Part shown: in pieces, positions 18,154 through 27,238 of the stretch
How the letters are laid out: each line of letters starts with the position of its first letter
Numbering within the stretch: the first letter of the stretch is position 1
Assembly: GCA_001552015.1 (NCBI GenBank)
Contig: CP010514.1
Span: 60,001-92,000 of the forward strand
From: Candidatus Nanopusillus acidilobi
GTDB lineage: Archaea > Nanobdellota > Nanobdellia > Nanobdellales > Nanobdellaceae
Direction: 5' to 3'
DNA length: 32,000 bases
Position numbers and translations under genes: made by a program
The notes under the pieces: model-generated
The model's database searches: none
What the model was told of the DNA's origin: nothing
The model's input: only the letters and a program-made list of their open reading frames with translations

Positions 18154-21100
18154 ATGAAAAAGATATATTTATTATCATTTCTTTTATTTTTCTTATATTC
18201 AATTTTTTCTCAAGGATATAATATATGGCATTCAGAATCTTTATATAAACCAGTAACATTTTTAAGTATAAATTTATCAAGCAATAATTTATCTGTAGGT
18301 CAAACATTATATTATAACGTTTATATAAATTATAGAGATATTTATTATATACCAAATGCATCATTAGTAATACAAATAATACAAAAAAATGATAATAATA
18401 ATATTTATCCATTTCAATTTACCTCAGATAATGAGGTATATGAATATGTAATAAAAAATATATATTTACAACCGGGAGAATCATTAAATATGCCATTAAA
18501 TTATACAATTCCAGATAATTTACCTTCTGGATATTATTATATTGTTGTTTATTTATATACACCTTTAAGTGAAATAGATGGTTTACCATTTATATATTAT
18601 CCAGGAGTATATCAAGAATTTTATATATATAATCCAAATAATGTTCCAGAAATTTATATTGTAAAAAATGATACATATTTAAGTTCTCCTGCTTTATATA
18701 CATGGGGTAGTTTATTATCTTCATCAGGATATTATTATTCTTCATTAAGTGGACCTTCTGGATATGGTGTTTCAAATTATATTAATTTAACAGTTGGTAT
18801 ATATTCAAGTATAAATACAAATGCTACATTGAATATTTTAATATCTCCATGGGATGATATTTTATATAATCCAGTATACAATTATACTGAAGATATACAA
18901 TTAAATGAGGGATATAATATAATAAATATTCCATATATAAATGTTGCAACATTGAATCCAAATGCTTATTCATTAAAAATAACTTTATTATATAATAATC
19001 AAACAGAATCAATATATAGGTTAAGATTTATTGTTTTAGGTCCAACAACAAGGTTGGATGGTGTTTATTTACAAGGTAATGGAAATTTAACATTTATAGT
19101 AGCTCCATCTCCTGATCATTATACATATCCAGTTACTCCGAATGTAGTAGCAGAAGTTTATTCAAATACATTGGGATTTAATGAAAATATATATTTAGGA
19201 AATATAAGCTGGAATAGTACGCAATTTACTTATGTGAATTTACAATTACCATTGAATTCTACTAGCTTTGATTTATGTATAAATCTATATTCTAATAATA
19301 ATTTAGATTACGGATATTGTACATATTATATTATAAATCAATCAAATACTTATGGAATTCCATTAAATAATTTAATTTATGTAAATTATACAAATAATTA
19401 CTTCTATATATGTTCAAATATTTCTGGAATATTAAATATAGGATATAATTCTGAATCAAATGTAATATATACTGGAAATATAAATAATAATTGTTTAAAT
19501 TATACATTAGGGAATGGAGTTTATTATATTTCTTTCTATTCATCTCAATATTCAAATCTATGGATAATAAACAACACAATAATACAAAATAATATAAGTA
19601 TAACTAAAACTCAGCCAATAAGTAGTGTAAAAAGTTATTATAATTATACAAACTATTATTATTTAATAATATTAATAATTTTAATTGCAATAATATTATT
19701 TATGATATTGAGAAAGAAAAAATTATTTATCCTTTCATTAGTTTTATTACCACTATTATTTAATATACATTCTCAGGAACTATATCTAAGTTCAAATCAG
19801 ATATGTACGCCTTCAGATTCGTTAAATATAACAACACAAGGATTTAGTGGATTAGTAAATGTTTCTTATATATTTTATAATTCATCAAATCTTTCACAAA
19901 TTTTTGCAATTGGTAATTATAGTTATTTAGGTGACAATATATCCATTTATAATTATACTGTATATTTCAATAATTTAACATTAAATTTATCAAATAACAT
20001 AAATTCTACAATAATGGATTATAATATAACTGTTCAAAATTGTACATTAATTTCTTGTGATCAATATAATTATAATGGTTCAATATATCTAAATTATCCA
20101 TATTATTTTGAATATTATACAAATCCAATATATCAAGGATCTGATGATGCAGCACAAATAATCCCAGGTTGTCCTTCTTCAAATAACTTATTAAATAATA
20201 CATATTTTAACTTTACATTAGTTTTACCAAATGGAACAAGTATTATTACTAGAACAAACTGTCCTGGATCTGGGGATCCAGATTGGGGTCAGAATTTATG
20301 TGATCTATATGTAAGTAATTATGATACTAATACTGGAAATTATACATATTATGGAGAATATTATTACAATAATGTTTCATTTAATCAATCATTTATTAAT
20401 AATCCATTACAAATATTAGTAGCAAGTTCTGGAGAATTTACTAATCAATCATGTTCCCATGCATGGACACTAACAAGTACTAGTTCAAATCCTCTATCTA
20501 TAAGTTTCTCATATTATGGACCATATTCAGGAACATATTATACATATTATAATGGAATATATGTTTTAGCGCAAAATACTTCTGTAGGATTTAATGTAAA
20601 TGGTGGATATAACTGGTTGTGTAGTGATGGTAATACAAATACTAGTATACCTCCTGTTGCTGCTTGGTTATATAGTTCGAATCAATATTATAACCCAGAT
20701 TCATTTGCGTATGTACAAGGTATATCAAATTTACCATTCAACTTCACACAATATAATATAGATAGAAATGCTGTTTATAATATATATTCAAATGAGGGAT
20801 TATTAATTCCAGAAAGTTTTCCTCATGGTCCTTTTGGTAATTCTTACTTTACTTTATATAATTTTAGTGATAATGCAGGTTATTATGTAATATATCAAGA
20901 TTATTTAAAAACAATATGTAATAATCCATCAAATTATATATGTGATGCAAATGGAACTTTGTGTAATATTGGTCATATAGTAGGACAGGCAGAAGGATGG
21001 TTACCAATATCTCCAGAGCCAGGATATTATTTATTAGTAATAAATCCAAATGCTACTGTATATTTGCAAAATTTAACATATTATCCATATATTTATAATA

Positions 21101-22407
21101 TAAATCCTGGTGATGCAATTTATATTGGTAATATAACAAATGTTGGAATTGGAAATCTTACAATAAATATAAATTGGTCTCTTCCAAATGATCCAAATAG
21201 TAGTTTCTTATTACAGGAACAACAAATTTCTCCATTATATATTTATTTCCCAACAAATCTATGTCTACATCAAGATTGTACAGTAAATTATAGTGTAACA
21301 TATCAGAATTCATATGGATTAACAGTATATAGTCCTGTAACATATTATGGATATGTAAATATTAACTGGGATACATTAAATATATATACTAATCCATCAT
21401 TAACACAAGTAACATATGGACAACCTTCATATATAACATTAGCAGTACAAAATACAGGACCAGTACCTGCTGAAAATATATCTGTACAAAATGTATATTA
21501 TAATTCAAATTGTATACAAGTATTAAATACTGGAGGTCAAATAAATTCATTAAATACAAATCAAGTAGGTTACTTAAATGTAGAAATTAATATAACAAAT
21601 CCATATTGTTCTCCACAGGATTATAATATAACATTTACAGTTTATGGATGGAATACATACGTATATAATTATTCAATAATATTACCAATAAGTTATATAA
21701 TTTCTCCACCAAATGGAGCACAATTGCAATCAATAACAACATTTAATATAGTAGATGAGAATGCACAAACATGTTATATAATATTTAATGGAGCACAATT
21801 CTCTAGAAATTGTAATTCAGATTTCACATATCAGCAATCCATGTGTGCAGGATCATTATGTAATACTCAAATTCAATCAATAAATAATTATGCAAAATTC
21901 TATGAAAATTATGTATACTATAATTATTTAACTAATCAATCATCAATAATAGGAATAGCAATTGCATCAAATATAATAAGTTTATATGTTGGACAAGAGT
22001 ATATATATCCTGTCTTAATAAAGAATTTAGTACCAACAAATATTCAATGTTCTTTAGTACCAGTTCCATCAACTACAAATAATAAAGCAATTGTTACCAA
22101 TTATAGTATAAATGGAATAAGCAGTAATAATTTTGTTATAGGTCCTTATGGATCTTCAGAATTAGATATAAATATTTTAGGAACTTCTAGTGGTATAAGT
22201 AGTTTATTATATGGTGTAGTATGTAATTCTACATATGGTTCCTCTTCATTTAGTACTCAAGTTCCGATATATGTATTTGGGCCAAATAATTTAATAGCAA
22301 ACTATACTCAATCTCAAATAATAGTATCTGAGAAAATATCTCCAACAGGTTTAATTGGAATTGGAGGTTTAATAATAGGTTTATTAGCTTTGTTTAATAT
22401 AATCTAA
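18154..22407 (+). CDS. Giant (1417 aa) N/Y/S/T-rich surface protein with a signal peptide, an internal TM-RKKK-signal-like hairpin and a C-terminal TM anchor
   Basis: N-terminal signal MKKIYLLSFLLFFLYSIFSQG, dense N-x-S/T sequons, and C-terminal anchor TGLIGIGGLIIGLLALFNII. All antisense mini-ORFs are low-complexity shadows. Confidence 0.75.
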   Translation: MKKIYLLSFLLFFLYSIFSQGYNIWHSESLYKPVTFLSINLSSNNLSVGQTLYYNVYINYRDIYYIPNASLVIQIIQKNDNNNIYPFQFTSDNEVYEYVIKNIYLQPGESLNMPLNYTIPDNLPSGYYYIVVYLYTPLSEIDGLPFIYYPGVYQEFYIYNPNNVPEIYIVKNDTYLSSPALYTWGSLLSSSGYYYSSLSGPSGYGVSNYINLTVGIYSSINTNATLNILISPWDDILYNPVYNYTEDIQLNEGYNIINIPYINVATLNPNAYSLKITLLYNNQTESIYRLRFIVLGPTTRLDGVYLQGNGNLTFIVAPSPDHYTYPVTPNVVAEVYSNTLGFNENIYLGNISWNSTQFTYVNLQLPLNSTSFDLCINLYSNNNLDYGYCTYYIINQSNTYGIPLNNLIYVNYTNNYFYICSNISGILNIGYNSESNVIYTGNINNNCLNYTLGNGVYYISFYSSQYSNLWIINNTIIQNNISITKTQPISSVKSYYNYTNYYYLIILIILIAIILFMILRKKKLFILSLVLLPLLFNIHSQELYLSSNQICTPSDSLNITTQGFSGLVNVSYIFYNSSNLSQIFAIGNYSYLGDNISIYNYTVYFNNLTLNLSNNINSTIMDYNITVQNCTLISCDQYNYNGSIYLNYPYYFEYYTNPIYQGSDDAAQIIPGCPSSNNLLNNTYFNFTLVLPNGTSIITRTNCPGSGDPDWGQNLCDLYVSNYDTNTGNYTYYGEYYYNNVSFNQSFINNPLQILVASSGEFTNQSCSHAWTLTSTSSNPLSISFSYYGPYSGTYYTYYNGIYVLAQNTSVGFNVNGGYNWLCSDGNTNTSIPPVAAWLYSSNQYYNPDSFAYVQGISNLPFNFTQYNIDRNAVYNIYSNEGLLIPESFPHGPFGNSYFTLYNFSDNAGYYVIYQDYLKTICNNPSNYICDANGTLCNIGHIVGQAEGWLPISPEPGYYLLVINPNATVYLQNLTYYPYIYNINPGDAIYIGNITNVGIGNLTININWSLPNDPNSSFLLQEQQISPLYIYFPTNLCLHQDCTVNYSVTYQNSYGLTVYSPVTYYGYVNINWDTLNIYTNPSLTQVTYGQPSYITLAVQNTGPVPAENISVQNVYYNSNCIQVLNTGGQINSLNTNQVGYLNVEINITNPYCSPQDYNITFTVYGWNTYVYNYSIILPISYIISPPNGAQLQSITTFNIVDENAQTCYIIFNGAQFSRNCNSDFTYQQSMCAGSLCNTQIQSINNYAKFYENYVYYNYLTNQSSIIGIAIASNIISLYVGQEYIYPVLIKNLVPTNIQCSLVPVPSTTNNKAIVTNYSINGISSNNFVIGPYGSSELDINILGTSSGISSLLYGVVCNSTYGSSSFSTQVPIYVFGPNNLIANYTQSQIIVSEKISPTGLIGIGGLIIGLLALFNII

Positions 22408-22692
22408 TTTTTTCAATCTTTTTCTTATTTCCAATATTGCATCATGAATTGCAGCACCCAAAAATAATGTTGTTAATATATATAATTCATATAAATATGT
22501 AATCGTTCCAATTATTGCAGGTATTATTCCAAATGCTGATAAATATATATGATGTATTTTTGCTCTATATTCTTTTGTTCTTGTTTTAATTTCAATAAAG
22601 AATTCTGGTGAAAATTTCTTAATTATATAATCTGCTGAGAGATATCCTACTAAGAATGACAAGCTATAAGTCATTATTATGATATCATTCAT
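22384..22692 (-). CDS. Small (102 aa) membrane protein, unknown
   Basis: 2-3 hydrophobic segments. The 3' end overlaps the convergent giant ORF by 24 nt. Confidence 0.45.
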   Translation of the reverse strand: MNDIIIMTYSLSFLVGYLSADYIIKKFSPEFFIEIKTRTKEYRAKIHHIYLSAFGIIPAIIGTITYLYELYILTTLFLGAAIHDAILEIRKRLKKLDYIKQS

Positions 22693-22714
22693 TTTATAAT
22701 AATGTCGTTCATCA

Positions 22715-22722
22715 TTTTAAAA
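22715..22722. promoter_or_regulatory. Palindromic TTTTAAAA placed roughly symmetrically between divergent starts 22692 (-) and 22747 (+); candidate shared or bidirectional TATA element
   Basis: It lies 23-30 nt from the minus-strand start and 25-32 nt from the plus-strand start. Statistical support is weak in AT-rich DNA. Confidence 0.3.
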
Positions 22723-22746
22723 AATTATATCATATAAATTATTTAC

Positions 22747-23031
22747 ATGGATCTAAAAATAATAAGTAGGGAAAATAATCAATTATTAAATAGAGAAGAA
22801 ATTATTGTTTTGATAGATCATAAAAATGAACCAACACCAAAGAGAGATGATATAAGGGAAAAAGTTTCTGCAATGATCGGAAAAGACAAAAATTTAATTG
22901 TAGTAGAAAAAATATTGACAGAATTTGGAAAACAAAGATCAAAAGCATTTATAAATGTATATCAGAATGAGGAAGATATGAAAAAATTAGAGCCAAAACA
23001 TATATTAAAAAGGAATAAAATTATACAATGA
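22747..23031 (+). CDS. rps24e: Ribosomal protein S24e (eS24)
   Basis: [35 protein letters not shown] is typical of S24e. Canonical adjacency to S27ae. Confidence 0.9.
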   Translation: MDLKIISRENNQLLNREEIIVLIDHKNEPTPKRDDIREKVSAMIGKDKNLIVVEKILTEFGKQRSKAFINVYQNEEDMKKLEPKHILKRNKIIQ

Positions 23032-23231
23032 GTGAAAAGAAAGATTTGAGAATATTAAAATTATACAAGGTTGAGGATAATAAAGTAATTAGATTGAAAA
23101 AAATATGCCCAAGATGTGGAAGATTTATGGCAGAACATGAAGATAGATATCATTGTGGATATTGTGGATATACAGAATTTAAGCAAAATATAGAAAGAAG
23201 ATATATAAAAGAAATTGGAATACAAATATAA
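23028..23231 (+). CDS. rps27ae: Ribosomal protein S27ae (eS31)
   Basis: Zn ribbon [27 protein letters not shown] overlap with S24e. Confidence 0.85.
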   Translation: MSEKKDLRILKLYKVEDNKVIRLKKICPRCGRFMAEHEDRYHCGYCGYTEFKQNIERRYIKEIGIQI

Positions 23232-23535
23232 AATAAAATATTTTGGTCCTATTAGATCTTTTATTGGTTTAATGTTTCAATTACCAAAAAAGGATACAAT
23301 ATATATTTTAGATCTAAAAAAAGATGTTGAAGATGGTTTTGTTCATACATTTTTTTGTTTAAAACCATTAGATATTTATTTATATAATTCAAATTTTGAA
23401 TTGATTCAATATTATAAAAAATTAAAACCATTTAAGATTTTGATTCCCAAGAAAAAATTTAGATATATAATTGAAGGTTTGGATATAAATGATGATATGT
23501 TAAAATATTCAATAGAATATTTAAAATCTTTGTAA
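23215..23535 (+). CDS. Hypothetical protein, possibly DUF192 (COG1430)-like
   Basis: R..IGLMF....(D/K)TIYIL resembles the DUF192 GLM region. The start is a TTG overlapping S27ae by 17 nt; an in-frame ATG lies at 23272. Confidence 0.4.
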   Translation: MEYKYKIKYFGPIRSFIGLMFQLPKKDTIYILDLKKDVEDGFVHTFFCLKPLDIYLYNSNFELIQYYKKLKPFKILIPKKKFRYIIEGLDINDDMLKYSIEYLKSL

Positions 23536-23907
23536 ATTATTAGTTAATATTTCTATTTCTACAAATAATTTATCAATCATACTTTTTATTTCTTTTATTC
23601 CATTATTTATTTGTCCAAGGATTTCTATTTTTATATTTGGTGTTATATATGGATTTCCACTTATTTCTTTATAATATAATGTTATATAATCTTTTATATT
23701 CTCTAAAATGCCTATTAATAATTTCATTGAATTTATCAAACTGTTAATTTCTTGCATTTGATAATTATATAAATAATATTGATTTCCACTAATATTTTTT
23801 TCATATTCATTTAATTTTTCTAATTGTAAAATATTGTTATTTATTTGTGATAATAAATTCCTGATTTGAGCTAATAACTGATTTTCTAAATCCTGAATAT
23901 CATCCAT
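23521..23907 (-). CDS. Coiled-coil protein, unknown function
   Basis: 128 aa, heptad-like L/I/N/Q-rich sequence, no TM segment. Confidence 0.5.
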   Translation of the reverse strand: MDDIQDLENQLLAQIRNLLSQINNNILQLEKLNEYEKNISGNQYYLYNYQMQEINSLINSMKLLIGILENIKDYITLYYKEISGNPYITPNIKIEILGQINNGIKEIKSMIDKLFVEIEILTNNLQRF

Positions 23908-23940
23908 AATTAATTAATATTTTAACTATTTTATATTTTT

Positions 23941-23991
23941 TCAGGGAGGAGGTGTATTCATCATTTATTCAGTCGCGCGCAACATCATCAT
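23941..23991 (-). ncRNA. C/D box sRNA (2'-O-methylation guide) with four consensus boxes
   Basis: The minus strand reads ATGATGA(C)-TGTTGCGCGCGA-CTGA(D')-ATA-ATGATGA(C')-ATACACCTCCTCC-CTGA(D). Guides are 12 and 13 nt and are GC-rich against an AT-rich background. Confidence 0.8.
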
Positions 23992-24602
23992 ATAAATTTT
24001 AGTATTCCTTCCTTTTTATCCTTATTTAATATTTCTTTTATTGTTTTAAAATCTTGATCAAGATATTCTCTCCATTCTTTATGATATAATGTAGATGCTG
24101 GATGTAATGTTGGAATTATTGTAACAATTTTTCCCCATTTATTTACCCTAAATATTTTTCCCCTTAATTTTGTTATTGAAGAAAATTTTAATTTAAAATA
24201 ATCAAAAACCCATTTTGTTGAGTAATGACCTAAAGTTACAATTATATCTGGTTGAATTATTTCTAATTGTTTTTCTAGCCAAATAGAACATGCCTTTATT
24301 TCTTCTTCTTCAGGTTCCCTATTTTCTGGAGGTCTGCATTTAACAACATTAGTTATATATACATCCTTTCTATCCATGTTTAATATATTTTTTATATTTT
24401 CGGTTAATACTTGTCCAGCTTTTCCAACAAAAGGTTTTCCTTGTTTGTCCTCTTCTCCACCTGGTGCTTCACCTATAAATAATATCTTTGAATTTGGATT
24501 TCCATCTCCTGGAACATAATTTGTTTTAAATTTATATAAAGGACATCTGGTACACTTTAATATTTGATTATTTAATTCTTCAATCATTTTTTCTTTATCC
24601 AT
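23988..24602 (-). CDS. udg: Uracil-DNA glycosylase, family 4 (Fe-S type)
   Basis: CTRCPLY, FIGEAPGGEEDKQGKPFVGKAGQVL (GEAPG and F.G.AG motifs) and the HPAS region. Confidence 0.9.
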   Translation of the reverse strand: MDKEKMIEELNNQILKCTRCPLYKFKTNYVPGDGNPNSKILFIGEAPGGEEDKQGKPFVGKAGQVLTENIKNILNMDRKDVYITNVVKCRPPENREPEEEEIKACSIWLEKQLEIIQPDIIVTLGHYSTKWVFDYFKLKFSSITKLRGKIFRVNKWGKIVTIIPTLHPASTLYHKEWREYLDQDFKTIKEILNKDKKEGILKFI

Positions 24603-24635
24603 TAAAAATATAAGTATGATAATTATTTTAGTTTA

Positions 24636-25466
24636 ATGTTCGCACATGCTCAGGGTGAATATGATAAATCTAAATGGATAATAGTAGGAATTCCATCTGA
24701 AATTGGTAGTTTATCTCATATAAAAAATTATATGGAAGGACCTGAATCTATTAGGGATGCATCTTATAGAATATTTTCTCCAATATTTGGAGAAATAAAT
24801 ATGGAAGAAATATATGATTATGGAGATATAGATTTAGAAGATATAAAAGATCTGAATAAATTATATGAGAAAATATATAATGAAATTAAAAAAATATATA
24901 GAAAGGATAAAAAATATATATTTTTAGGAGGAGATCATTCAATAACATATCCAATATTAAAAATTGTTAAAGAAAATTGGGAAGATTTTTATTTATTATA
25001 TTTTGATGCTCATCCAGATATTCATCCAGATCCATATCCAAATTATCAAAGTTTTATTTATCATTTAATAAAAGAAAATTACATTGAACCTGAAAAAATT
25101 ATCTATGTAGGTATATCTAATTTATCATTTGAAGAAAAGAATATAATAAAAGAATGGGGAATAAAGTATTATAATCCTTTAGATATTTGGGATAATATAA
25201 AAGAAATTTCAAAGGAAATATCAAATATATTGGAGAATAAAAATGTATATATTTCAATTGATATAGATGTATTTGATACTGGGTGTGGGCATTGGCTGGA
25301 AGGTATTGGAATTAGACCATATCATTATTTTAAGATTATAAAAGAATTAAGGAATATTAATTTAATTGGTTTTGATTTAGTAGAATTATTTTCAAATGAA
25401 GTATGTGATAATTTAGCATCAAAAATAGTAGTAGAAACTATTGCAATATTCAATAATAAAGTATAA
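24636..25466 (+). CDS. Arginase/agmatinase-family ureohydrolase (probable agmatinase)
   Basis: Metal-binding motifs GGDHSITYP, FDAHPD and SIDIDVFD. Confidence 0.85.
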   Translation: MFAHAQGEYDKSKWIIVGIPSEIGSLSHIKNYMEGPESIRDASYRIFSPIFGEINMEEIYDYGDIDLEDIKDLNKLYEKIYNEIKKIYRKDKKYIFLGGDHSITYPILKIVKENWEDFYLLYFDAHPDIHPDPYPNYQSFIYHLIKENYIEPEKIIYVGISNLSFEEKNIIKEWGIKYYNPLDIWDNIKEISKEISNILENKNVYISIDIDVFDTGCGHWLEGIGIRPYHYFKIIKELRNINLIGFDLVELFSNEVCDNLASKIVVETIAIFNNKV

Positions 25467-25482
25467 TTAATCTTTGAAAAAT

Positions 25483-26553
25483 TTAAATATGATTTTTATA
25501 TATGGAATGTATATAAATTATTACTAATCCTATAATTGCTAATATTAGTAAGTTTATTGAAAATAAAATTATGAATAAAGGAAAATTAATTAAAATTCCT
25601 TGATAAATATAGTAGAAATAATTTACGAAATTCATTAATATAAATGGTATTCCTGAAACAATTCCCAAAATTATTTTTTTACTGTCTGGAAACCTATGAT
25701 ATAAATATGCGTGAATTGCGGTAAAGAAAAATAAAAACATGATTATAATATTTTGAATAATATAAATTATATTGATTTTTGTTAAGAAAAATAGAATTGT
25801 AAAGAAGATAAATAGAAATATTATTAATATTAAAATATACATTGTGAACCCTTCTGGCTTATTATCAAATATTCTTTTAATCATAATCATTAAAATAAAT
25901 TCCAATATTGAGAATAAGGATATAATAAATAATATTAAAATATTTTGAACAATTAAAGAAAGTATTAACTGTATAGATAAAAAAAGAGAAATTATGGAGA
26001 AGATAGTTTGTTTATATTTGTTTAAAAAATTTAATGAACTTAAATGATATATTTTTTTATCATCTAAATTGAATAAAAATCCTAGAAGGGATATAAAAAA
26101 TAGAGAATAAATATTTATAATATTATATAATGTTATATATAAAACATATATTAGAGAAACTATTAATATTATTATTTGTTTTCTATTTATAGATAATTTA
26201 TTCTCTGCGACAAAATTTCCAAAGAAATAAAATAAAATAAATGAAAAAAATACATAAACAAAATATTTAAGTAAAATATTATTAAAAATATTTAATATAG
26301 GTAATAAAAAAATTAATAAATATAAAATTTTTATCATATTGAATTTTGTGTTTTTCAAGAAATAATATAAAACAAATAAGTAAAATATTCCAAATAAGAT
26401 ATAATATAAATTTGTAAAAAATAATATAGATATTGGGAATATTATTAAATATAATATAAGTATATGTTTATTGATATTTTTGTTTTCGTCAATTAATCTA
26501 TCTATGATAGTTTCGCCCATTATATATAGAAATTCATTAAAACTTTTATGCAA
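25483..26553 (-). CDS. Polytopic membrane protein, paralog of 28477-29577
   Basis: About 10 hydrophobic segments. Collinear motifs are shared with the 366-aa protein (NKYKQTIFSIISLFLSIQLIL and FLFFFTAIHAYLYHRFPDSKKIILGIVSGI). 8-nt overlap with the upstream gene. Confidence 0.6.
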   Translation of the reverse strand: MHKSFNEFLYIMGETIIDRLIDENKNINKHILILYLIIFPISILFFTNLYYILFGIFYLFVLYYFLKNTKFNMIKILYLLIFLLPILNIFNNILLKYFVYVFFSFILFYFFGNFVAENKLSINRKQIIILIVSLIYVLYITLYNIINIYSLFFISLLGFLFNLDDKKIYHLSSLNFLNKYKQTIFSIISLFLSIQLILSLIVQNILILFIISLFSILEFILMIMIKRIFDNKPEGFTMYILILIIFLFIFFTILFFLTKINIIYIIQNIIIMFLFFFTAIHAYLYHRFPDSKKIILGIVSGIPFILMNFVNYFYYIYQGILINFPLFIILFSINLLILAIIGLVIIYIHSIYKNHI

Positions 26554-27193
26554 TTCTAAAATATGTTTGATTAATTCTTTCTAAATATACTGTTGCAAAT
26601 TGATAAAAAGTAATATTATTTATTGAATAACATGGTATATAATTACATATGATATTTCCATTTGTATTTTCTGTACATGTTATATTTCCAGATAAATTTG
26701 TTGGGAATAAAAATACAAATGTTTGATTTGATGTATTTTCATTACTTAAACAGAAACTATATAAAAAATAATAGAAATCTGAATAATAATTTTTGCATAT
26801 TGTTAATTTAATATAATCTAAAGAATAATATATGGAAATCGGATATATATATGTATTACAATTTCCATTAAAGTTTATTATTCCAAAACTATAATTATCT
26901 ATTTCTGCTCTAAATGTATAAGGAAATATTGTACAATTTGGAAGTTCATTATAATATGTTTGATTAAATTGTTCTATTTTATCTAGAGTTGTAAAATATA
27001 TTGGATAATTTGGATATCCTAAACAATTTGGGGAAAATAGATCATATATTATTTCTTGTTCATATGAAAAAGAAGTTTGTTCTTTATAATTTGTTAAATT
27101 TATATTGGAAAATATAGCTAATAAAATTATCATTCCAACTAAAAATAATACTGTTAATATTGTTATAAATATGATAGATAGTTGTTCTTTCAT
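26546..27193 (-). CDS. N-terminally anchored, Cys-containing ectodomain protein (215 aa)
   Basis: N-terminus MKEQLSIIFITILTVLFLVGMIILLAIF. 8 Cys by hand count, plus sequons. Confidence 0.6.
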   Translation of the reverse strand: MKEQLSIIFITILTVLFLVGMIILLAIFSNINLTNYKEQTSFSYEQEIIYDLFSPNCLGYPNYPIYFTTLDKIEQFNQTYYNELPNCTIFPYTFRAEIDNYSFGIINFNGNCNTYIYPISIYYSLDYIKLTICKNYYSDFYYFLYSFCLSNENTSNQTFVFLFPTNLSGNITCTENTNGNIICNYIPCYSINNITFYQFATVYLERINQTYFRIA

Positions 27194-27238
27194 TTTATAG
27201 TAATTTTATATAATAAATATATTTTTTGTTTTTCTTTT

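Noticed and set aside
18152-21343. Nine or so 61-86-aa minus-strand ORFs (for example 18152-18412, 18590-18775, 19331-19579, 20864-21049), plus 661-906, 14892-15104, 27376-27594, 27679-27936 and 28469-28720.
   Set aside because: All lie inside longer, better-supported ORFs on the other strand or in another frame. AT-rich sequence yields such short open frames by chance.
22709-22715. Minus-strand ATGATGA (C-box-like) just upstream of the 102-aa ORF start.
   Set aside because: No CTGA D or D' box at the required 12-nt spacing and no second box pair. It is probably a chance match in promoter DNA.
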